64,000 nucleotides of DNA from an uncultured Alphaproteobacteria bacterium (GTDB lineage Bacteria; Pseudomonadota; Alphaproteobacteria; RF32; CAG-239). Below are positions 57,320-64,000 of this stretch, piece after piece. The DNA is taken from the NCBI GenBank assembly GCA_944390885.1, contig CALXRP010000003.1:35004-99003 (forward strand), in the 5' to 3' direction. Positions within the stretch are counted from its first letter, which is position 1; every line of letters begins with the position of its first letter. The translations under genes were made by a program, and so were the position numbers. Below the pieces are notes generated by a model, which searched no databases, was not told the DNA's origin, and saw nothing but the letters and a program-made list of their open reading frames with translations.

Positions 57320-58870
57320 TTACATAATCGGCAATTTGGTCGGCTTAGCCTTATTCAGCCAAGTAGAAATGATAACACGGGTAACGGTTACCGACGTAAA
57401 CATCGATGTTGCAATACCGATTGCCAGCGTTACAGCAAATCCACGCACAGGTCCGGTTCCAAAATAGAACAGAACTATCGCCGCGACCAAGGTCGTGAGG
57501 TTGGAATCCACAATTGTCGTCCAAGCTTCGGTAAACCCGGCATCGGCTGCATCACGCGGCGTGCGACCGGCCTTGACTTCTTCACGCATACGTTCAAAAA
57601 TCAAGACATTGGCATCTACCGCCATACCAATGGTCAGGATAATACCGGCAATTCCCGGCAATGTCAGGGTGGCACCGATCAGGCTCAAAACCCCAAGCAT
57701 TAAAAACAGGTTGGTAAAGACGGCAATTGTCGTAAATACACCAAACAATCCGTAAGCCGCAATCATAAAGGCAACTACCGCAATCAAACCAATAACGCAG
57801 GCAATTTCACCGGCACGAATAGAATCGGCGCCCAATCCGGCTCCTACGGTTCGCTCTTCCAAAACTTCCAGCGGCGCAGGCAAAGCACCGGAACGCAGCA
57901 ACAAAGCTAAATCATTGGCTGATTCTACCGAAAAGCTGCCGCTGATGATTCCGTTGCCGCCCAAAATGGCACTTTGAATTGTCGGCGCAGAAATGACTTC
58001 ATTATCCAAAACAATTGCCAAACGTTCACCAATATTGTTTTTGGTCACTTCACCAAACTTTTTGCCACCGGCCGTATCAAATCTGAAGCTGACAACCGGC
58101 TCGTTGTCTTGGTACGTTGCCTGAGCATCGACCAGATGTTCTCCCGTTACAATGGCTTTGCGCCCCAAAACATAGGTTTCACCTTCCGCGCCTTTTACCA
58201 GCTTAGAGGTGTTAGAGATCATTCCACGGCGGGCATCGGCGGCAGAGCTGCGGCTATCAACAAGATGAAAGCTCAATTTAGCCGTTTTGCCCAGCAAAGT
58301 TTTTACATATTCCGGATTTTGCAATCCTGGCAGCTGAACAACTATACGATCCATACCTTGGCGTTGAATAACCGGTTCTTTAGTTCCCAGCTCATCAATA
58401 CGACGGCGGACAATTTCAATAGACTGGTCAACCGTTTTGCTTTTTAAGGCGTTTAATGCCATTTCGTTATAAGCAATTGTTAAAGTACCGTCAGCTGTTT
58501 CCGTAACCTCATAATCCCGGTCTAATTTGCGAAACAAAGACGCGGCCTTATTGCGGGAGTTCAGATTTTCGATTTTAACCTGAACATTTTCCGGCGTGGC
58601 TTTTAAGCTCTGATAGCGGATTTTATTTTCGCGTAAAGTTTGGCGGACATTGTCCTCTATCATATCCATCCGCTCTTTTAACACATCGCTGATTTTGACT
58701 TCCAAAAGCAGGTTGGAACCGCCTTGCAAATCAAGTCCCAAGTTTACCGGCTGCCACCATTTTGGAAATGAGGCTGCTTTATCCGGCATCAGATTGGGAA
58801 TCGAAAAGAAAATTCCCAAAAGGCAGATGCCGATGATAATCATTATTCTGGTTCGTGACAATTTATACAT
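57320..58870 (-). CDS. secD: Protein translocase subunit SecD
   Basis: 516 aa. N-terminal TM helix, large periplasmic domain and a C-terminal 5-TM bundle. yajC-secD-secF order as in E. coli. Confidence 0.9.
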   Translation of the reverse strand: MYKLSRTRIMIIIGICLLGIFFSIPNLMPDKAASFPKWWQPVNLGLDLQGGSNLLLEVKISDVLKERMDMIEDNVRQTLRENKIRYQSLKATPENVQVKIENLNSRNKAASLFRKLDRDYEVTETADGTLTIAYNEMALNALKSKTVDQSIEIVRRRIDELGTKEPVIQRQGMDRIVVQLPGLQNPEYVKTLLGKTAKLSFHLVDSRSSAADARRGMISNTSKLVKGAEGETYVLGRKAIVTGEHLVDAQATYQDNEPVVSFRFDTAGGKKFGEVTKNNIGERLAIVLDNEVISAPTIQSAILGGNGIISGSFSVESANDLALLLRSGALPAPLEVLEERTVGAGLGADSIRAGEIACVIGLIAVVAFMIAAYGLFGVFTTIAVFTNLFLMLGVLSLIGATLTLPGIAGIILTIGMAVDANVLIFERMREEVKAGRTPRDAADAGFTEAWTTIVDSNLTTLVAAIVLFYFGTGPVRGFAVTLAIGIATSMFTSVTVTRVIISTWLNKAKPTKLPIM

Positions 58871-58882
58871 ATCGCTGCCTTC

Positions 58883-59275
58883 TTATTTTTTTACTTTTTT
58901 ATTAGAATTTGCTGCTTTATCAAGCATTTTTGATTTAGCCTCGAGAGCGGCCTTCAGCAGTTCTGCCGTCAAAACCTCGCGAACAGTAGCGCGATTGATA
59001 ACAACATTCACCCCTTCAGCAATTTCAACAGTCAAATCCATCGGATCATCAGCTTTAACAACTTTTGCATAGATTCCGCCGCCGGTGATGATGTGGTCGC
59101 CTTTCTTCAAAGCTCCGACCATCGCTTCATGCTGCTTAATCTTTTTTTGCTGCGGACGAATCAGCAGAAAATAAAAAATCAAAAAGATTAAACCAAGCTG
59201 GATAATTGTTCCGGCTATTGAGCCCGTTGGGGCAGCAGCTCCGGAAACCTGAGCAAAAGCTTCACTAATGAACAT
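58883..59275 (-). CDS. yajC: Preprotein translocase subunit YajC
   Basis: TM helix IIQLGLIFLIFYFLLIRPQQKK plus the conserved GDxVxTxGGixG motif (KGDHIITGGGIYAKVV). Confidence 0.85.
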   Translation of the reverse strand: MFISEAFAQVSGAAAPTGSIAGTIIQLGLIFLIFYFLLIRPQQKKIKQHEAMVGALKKGDHIITGGGIYAKVVKADDPMDLTVEIAEGVNVVINRATVREVLTAELLKAALEAKSKMLDKAANSNKKVKK

Positions 59276-59447
59276 TGTTTTCTCCTATTTATCAAAATTT
59301 TGCGTGCTTACTATACACCAAATAACACTTTTCTCAACCATAAAAATAGAGAAATTCAAAATTTTCAAGATTCTTCCTGTTTCTCATTTCTTGTTTTATA
59401 AATTTATTTATTGTTTGGGAAAACAAACAAGTTCTTTTCTTACTTTT

Positions 59448-59872
59448 CCCGGCGGGGGATGTGAAGGGTTTTGTGCTTTGAAGGGTGGATTGCCGGTATC
59501 TTTTTCTTACGTCATTGCTGGGCTTGACCCGGCAATCCACGTTAATAAAAATGCCTTATGATTGACTTGGATCCCCGGGTCAAGCCCGGGGATGACTTTA
59601 AAAAAATAAAAAGCCGGGGATGACCGGTACGACCGGTGGCGCTCAATCTGTAACATTATGCTGCAGAGACCGCGTTGCTCCGGCGGAGTTTGTGGAGGTT
59701 TTTGTGCTTTGAAGTTTATGTCATTCTCGGGCTTGACCCGAGAATCCACAGGCGACGGCCTGAACGGTCAGTTGTCGGAATTGTGCCCCGTACCCCGCGT
59801 TGCTCCGGCATTTTCTGTGAATGGCTTTGTGCTTTGAAGGGTGGATTGCCGGATCAAGTCCGGCAATGACAT
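59448..59872. repeat. GC-rich palindromic composite repeat cluster (locus 3), abutting the intact 86-aa gene
   Basis: Modules match locus 1 (ttgtgctttgaagggtggattgccgg; gtcattgctgggcttgacccggcaatccac; ttgacttggatccccgggtcaagcccggggatgac; ccacaggcgacggcctgaacggtcagttgtcggaattgtgcccc; ccgcgttgctccggc). ORFs 59268..59561, 59507..59749 and 59675..59869 inside it are spurious. Confidence 0.6.
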
Positions 59873-59895
59873 AAGGAAAATGATTGCAAAAAATA

Positions 59896-60156
59896 TTACT
59901 GCCAAGGATAGTCTTTGGCGTCGATGAGTTTTATTTCCATGACCTTATCCAGGAATGAAAACAGATATACATATTCTTCCATTCTCACATGGCAGGTGTT
60001 TCTTCTCAATTTTTCTATCCGCCCTTCCATGAAGCTTATATGGTTGGACAATTCGCTGCTGGTCAGCCCTCTTTCCGTTATTATCCGGTCTAACTCCGCA
60101 TTGCAATAACTTCGGAAAGTCTTAAACCATTCTTTTCTGTATTTTCTTGATAGCAT
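59896..60156 (-). CDS. Small hypothetical protein (86 aa); its 3' end is duplicated at 3238-3285
   Basis: Intact ORF MLSRKYRKEWFKTF...MEIKLIDAKDYPWQ with 4 Cys/His residues (C18, H39, C55, H56). Flanked by the repeat cluster. Confidence 0.45.
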   Translation of the reverse strand: MLSRKYRKEWFKTFRSYCNAELDRIITERGLTSSELSNHISFMEGRIEKLRRNTCHVRMEEYVYLFSFLDKVMEIKLIDAKDYPWQ

Positions 60157-60292
60157 TTCTTTCGCTCCTTAAATTTGTTAAAACAAAATCCGCCTAAAAA
60201 CAGGCGGATGGAACTCAAAAACTGCGATAAATCAGTCACCGTTATTCGTTACGCAAGCGCACTTATTTCCGGTACTCCGCCTAAGCGGATTT

Positions 60293-61243
60293 TTATCCTA
60301 AATAAGATTTCGGATTAACGGCTTTTTTGCCTTGGCGGATTTCAAAATGCAGCTGCGGCGAAGCAACGCCCCCGGTTGTTCCGACTGTTGATATTTTTTC
60401 TCCGCGAGCAACCCGTTGGCCTTTTTTAACCAATATTTTTTCATTATGGGCATAAGCCGTTACCCAGCCGTCATCATGCTTTATCAGGATCAGATTGCCA
60501 AAGCCTTTCAGCTCGTTTCCGGCATAAGCAACCGTTCCTTTATCTGCTGCGCGGACTGCCGTTCCTTTGGCGGCTTTGATATTAATACCGTCATTGTTCC
60601 GGCCTTTGGCAATCGGCCCGAAATTTGATATAACCGGCCCTTTAACCGGCCAGAGGAATTTGCTTTTGCGATTTTTAGAAGGCGGGGTATAAGTGTTTTT
60701 GGCCACTTTTGTTTTTGTTGTTGTGGTTTTCTTTTTGACCGTTTTAGAAGAAGAGGCTGCTTTTGATGTTGTTTTCTTTGATGTCTGTGCTTTGCGTGCC
60801 GAAGTCTGAGAAACGGAAGCAATCTGGGTTTCTCCGCCAACGATACTGTCCGGAAGCTGCAGGCGCTGTCCGACGGCTAAAGTATAGGGCGGGCGGAGGT
60901 CATTGGCCTTGCTCAGAGAATTGATGTTTACATTATAGCGTTTGGAAATATTGTATAATGTATCGCCTTTGGCAACAACATGGTAGCGGGCGCTTGGCAA
61001 ACGCACAACCTGTCCGATACGCAGACTGTAAGGAGGCTTTAAGCCGTTTAGTTCAATAATCTCGCGCAGCGGCAGATCATAGCGGCGGGAGATGCTGTAT
61101 AGCGTATCGCCCTTTTGAACAACAACCGAAGATGGCGCAGGGCCGCCCCAAAGATTGTAATTGAACAGCTGTATACGGCCGCTGTCATAAGAACAGCCGC
61201 TTAACATTGTCAACATTAATGTCAAAAGCACAAACTTTTTCAT
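60293..61243 (-). CDS. nlpD: LysM-domain M23 peptidase lipoprotein (NlpD/EnvC-like murein hydrolase activator)
   Basis: Lipobox LSGCS, two LysM repeats (VVQKGDTLYSISRRY; VVAKGDTLYNISKRY), a T/K/S-rich linker, and a C-terminal M23 domain (YAHNEKILVKKGQRVARGEKISTVGTTG). Confidence 0.8.
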   Translation of the reverse strand: MKKFVLLTLMLTMLSGCSYDSGRIQLFNYNLWGGPAPSSVVVQKGDTLYSISRRYDLPLREIIELNGLKPPYSLRIGQVVRLPSARYHVVAKGDTLYNISKRYNVNINSLSKANDLRPPYTLAVGQRLQLPDSIVGGETQIASVSQTSARKAQTSKKTTSKAASSSKTVKKKTTTTKTKVAKNTYTPPSKNRKSKFLWPVKGPVISNFGPIAKGRNNDGINIKAAKGTAVRAADKGTVAYAGNELKGFGNLILIKHDDGWVTAYAHNEKILVKKGQRVARGEKISTVGTTGGVASPQLHFEIRQGKKAVNPKSYLG

Positions 61244-61350
61244 ATCTTAACTCCTAGCATAAGATAGTTAATTTTTGTTTACATTCAGAAAAAGCTTGAT
61301 TTCCTGCATTCCGGGAGTATCTTTATGAGTCCCGGCTTAAGGAGAAAAAT

Positions 61351-63177
61351 GTGCCAAAGTTTAAAAATGACATTGAAAACAGCAATTTGCTCGGACAGGA
61401 CGCAAAATGTGTTATTTTTCATATTCTGGGATGGAGAGAATCGAAAAAAGCCCTGAATATTCTGAAAGATTTTCGTGCCGATATTGCCTTAAAAGATATT
61501 TTTGATTTTGCTGGAAACAAAAGCCTTTATGTGGCTGATAATTTTAGCGAATATAAAAAAATTTTTGATTTTATTGCGGCAGAATCTCCTGTTTTTTCTC
61601 GGTATACTCAAGAAGCCGTTGAGTGTGCCAACCGGGGAAAAGAACTTTCGCAGATTATTTTACCGCTGGTTTCCGAGCGGCATGACGCTTTTTCCTCCAC
61701 ACATATAGCGGCATTGGCAGACGGCTGGTGTTATGAGCCCGATATACGCTCCGAGCTGATCTGCGATTTTATTCGGCAAGATAAAAATCCGACAGAGAGC
61801 GCTAAAGTTATCGGAACGGCCCTTACAAATATCCGCCACAAAACAAGTAATCCTTTTGTTAAAACCGTTACCCGGGCTTTTATGGATAAAAATTCGCAGA
61901 ATGAAGCTTGTATAAATATTTTCAGTGATTGTCTGCTGGCCTCGCCGAGTTCTGATCTTTCCGAACAAATGCCTGACAAAAACGTTACGGACGATTTTAA
62001 GAAAGAAATCAGGAAAATTTCTGATGAAAAAGCGCGGGAAATGGCATTTTTAGCTTTGGAGGGAACGGGGTCTCCGAAAGCTGAAAAACTTTATCATAAT
62101 GACTATTTTTCCCACTCTGCCGAAAAGGTTATTGAATTTGTCAGCGCCCAGACCGATGTCCGTCCCGATTTTCTGCCGCAGGCGGCTCTAACATTGCAAA
62201 ACACGGCTCAAGAATCGCTTAATCAAAAACACCGCGGCGTTTTTATTCACTTATCGTCGGCCTTGTCCAAACGCCCGGCACTGGCCGAAAAACTTTTGCC
62301 TTTTTATGAAGATGCCGGGAAATTGCCTTTTGAATATGTCGGAATGCTTTTCTTTACGGCTCTGAAAACGCCGACATTGAAGCGTCGGATTATGAGGCTT
62401 TTGAAAAAATCCATCCGGTCATCTGCTTTTTCTTCCAAAGAGCCTCTTTTTAACCTTAATCCGGTTTGTCATATTCTGCAGCCGGATAATATTCAGACCC
62501 CGGAAGCTTTTGAGCTGATATATACTTATCTTAACGATGCGGTTTCTGATATGAATCAGATGCATGTTTTTTGCAAAGACTGTTTGGACAAGCTCGGCCC
62601 CAATGATACCGGCCGCCCGGAAATATTCAATATTATCAGGACAATGCACCGCAATAAAATGCTGCGTTCGAATCCAAAAGATTTCAGCCTTTTTATGGCT
62701 GATCTTGAAAGCTTTAGAATCGAAAATGCTTATCACGGCCCGCTTAACGATTATATTAACGGACTGAAAGAAAAAACACCGCTTAAACTCACGGTTTATA
62801 TCGGGCAGATTTTGAAAAACTCTTTGGATTATAAAAAAAGGTTCGGGCATTTTAAAAGAAAATTTTCTACCCTTACGGATATTGACGATGACTATGTCTG
62901 CCGACAGCCGGAAAAACACCAAAGAATGACATTGAATGAGGTGGGAAAACAATTGAACAATGCCCGGCTAACCCTGCTTGAAAAAACAAAAATTTTTTTG
63001 CAGCTGAAAAAATTTGAATATCTTGCTTTGCCGGAAAACCGGGAATACTGCAGAGAAGTGGCAAAAAGCTTGTCTTTGAATCCGTTTTATGCTAAAAGTG
63101 TGGCGTTTGCAAAATTTAATATTTTAGACGGCGGGAAGCAAACCCTAAGGAAAGTTTGGAATAAAAATGAACGATAA
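61351..63177 (+). CDS. Large hypothetical protein (608 aa) translationally coupled to sufB
   Basis: RBS aaggagaaaa before the ATG. No recognisable domain. Its stop overlaps the sufB ATG by 11 nt. Confidence 0.5.
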   Translation: MPKFKNDIENSNLLGQDAKCVIFHILGWRESKKALNILKDFRADIALKDIFDFAGNKSLYVADNFSEYKKIFDFIAAESPVFSRYTQEAVECANRGKELSQIILPLVSERHDAFSSTHIAALADGWCYEPDIRSELICDFIRQDKNPTESAKVIGTALTNIRHKTSNPFVKTVTRAFMDKNSQNEACINIFSDCLLASPSSDLSEQMPDKNVTDDFKKEIRKISDEKAREMAFLALEGTGSPKAEKLYHNDYFSHSAEKVIEFVSAQTDVRPDFLPQAALTLQNTAQESLNQKHRGVFIHLSSALSKRPALAEKLLPFYEDAGKLPFEYVGMLFFTALKTPTLKRRIMRLLKKSIRSSAFSSKEPLFNLNPVCHILQPDNIQTPEAFELIYTYLNDAVSDMNQMHVFCKDCLDKLGPNDTGRPEIFNIIRTMHRNKMLRSNPKDFSLFMADLESFRIENAYHGPLNDYINGLKEKTPLKLTVYIGQILKNSLDYKKRFGHFKRKFSTLTDIDDDYVCRQPEKHQRMTLNEVGKQLNNARLTLLEKTKIFLQLKKFEYLALPENREYCREVAKSLSLNPFYAKSVAFAKFNILDGGKQTLRKVWNKNER

Positions 63178-64000
63178 ACAGACACAAATCATTGATGAGA
63201 GCGGCGATAAATATAAATACGGCTTTGTAACCGATATTGCGGCCGATACGGCGCCAAAAGGATTAAACGCCGATATTATCCGGCTGATTTCCGCAAAGAA
63301 AGGCGAACCGGAATGGCTGCTCGACTGGCGGCTGAAAGCTTTTGAATTCTGGCAGACGATGACCGAACCGACCTGGGCAAAACTGGTTTATGACAAGATT
63401 GATTATCAGGATTTGTATTATTACTCCGCGCCGGTGCAAAAAGCCGCGCCGAAAAGCCTGGACGAAGTTGACCCCGAGCTGTTGGATACTTATGCCAAAC
63501 TCGGCATTCCGCTGAAAGAACAAGAGGCTTTGGCCGGCGTGGTGGCCGTGGACGCCGTGTTTGACAGCGTTTCGGTGGCAACAACTTATCGTGCCAAACT
63601 GGCCGAACAGGGGATTATTTTCTGCTCCATCTCCGAGGCCGTGAAAGAACATCCCGAGCTGGTGCAGAAATATCTCGGTTCCGTTGTTCCTTACACCGAC
63701 AATTTTTTTGCCTGCCTGAATTCGGCCGTATTTACCGACGGGTCGTTTGTTTATATTCCGAAAGGCGTGCGCTGTCCGATGGAACTTTCGACTTATTTTC
63801 GTATTAATGCCAAGAATACCGGGCAATTTGAGCGTACGTTGATTATTGCCGATGATGAGAGTTATGTGTCTTATCTGGAAGGCTGTACAGCGCCGCAGCG
63901 CGATGAGAATCAGCTGCATGCCGCTATTGTGGAGATTGTTGTCAATAAAGACGCCGAAGTTAAATATTCCACCGTTCAGAACTGGTATCCCGGCGATAAG
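63167..64000 (+). CDS. sufB: Fe-S cluster assembly protein SufB, 5' portion (continues beyond window)
   Basis: ATG at 63167; [20 protein letters not shown]... Block [127 protein letters not shown] is nearly collinear with E. coli SufB. Not in the ORF track because it has no stop inside the window. Confidence 0.85.
   Translation, partial: MNDKQTQIIDESGDKYKYGFVTDIAADTAPKGLNADIIRLISAKKGEPEWLLDWRLKAFEFWQTMTEPTWAKLVYDKIDYQDLYYYSAPVQKAAPKSLDEVDPELLDTYAKLGIPLKEQEALAGVVAVDAVFDSVSVATTYRAKLAEQGIIFCSISEAVKEHPELVQKYLGSVVPYTDNFFACLNSAVFTDGSFVYIPKGVRCPMELSTYFRINAKNTGQFERTLIIADDESYVSYLEGCTAPQRDENQLHAAIVEIVVNKDAEVKYSTVQNWYPGDK

Noticed and set aside
63167-64000. Terminal partial ORF as SufD paralogue
   Set aside because: The sequence is nearly collinear with the SufB-specific region (FCS.GEA...[21 protein letters not shown]), so it is SufB rather than SufD.

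Overview
This 64 kb window is AT-rich bacterial chromosome, most likely a gammaproteobacterium (rodZ-ispG and yajC-secD-secF synteny). It carries eukaryote-like genes, and the serum-amyloid-A-like domain and Dictyostelium-style poly-Asn tract suggest an amoeba-associated or intracellular lifestyle. Housekeeping genes span most of the window: nrdD (partial), pepF, dnaE, prfA, ispG, rodZ, ptsP, sucCD, a rearranged suf cluster (sufC, sufD, sufS, sufT, sufE here; sufB elsewhere), secDF-yajC, gpsA, nlpD and two tRNAs. Between them lie several accessory or unusual regions. (1) 30.1-36.3 kb: an AT-rich island inserted at tRNA-Thr(GGU). It holds a truncated large-serine-recombinase remnant that overlaps the tRNA 3' end. 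It also holds a BcgI-like Type IIB restriction-modification pair: a 653-aa nuclease-methylase and a 330-aa two-TRD specificity subunit. GNAT and class III Fic genes follow, each flanked by copies of an approximately 60-110 bp repeat, in a cassette-like layout. (2) 5.3-8.9 kb: a lone VirB8-like membrane protein lies upstream of a gene whose C-terminus closely resembles vertebrate serum amyloid A. Small AT-rich membrane-protein genes follow. (3) 19.5-21.3 kb: a consensus sigma70 promoter drives an approximately 390-nt leader made entirely of GC-rich palindromic repeats. The leader precedes a 465-aa secreted protein built of cysteine-rich tandem modules, a poly-Asn tract and a PSI-like C-terminal cysteine knot. 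(4) A composite GC-rich palindromic repeat family with compensatory stem variants sits at three loci. Two copies abut a small 86-aa gene or a duplicated 3' fragment of it. A second MITE-like repeat is shared by the nrdD upstream region and the sufD-sufS spacer. (5) The suf region is atypical. SufT and a class I glutamine amidotransferase are inserted between sufS and sufE, SufD has a Cys-rich insert, and sufB is translationally coupled to a 608-aa protein with no recognisable domain. A 400-nt hairpin-rich noncoding stretch at 27.5-27.95 kb may encode an sRNA. Hand-derived coordinates may be off by 1-2 nt.
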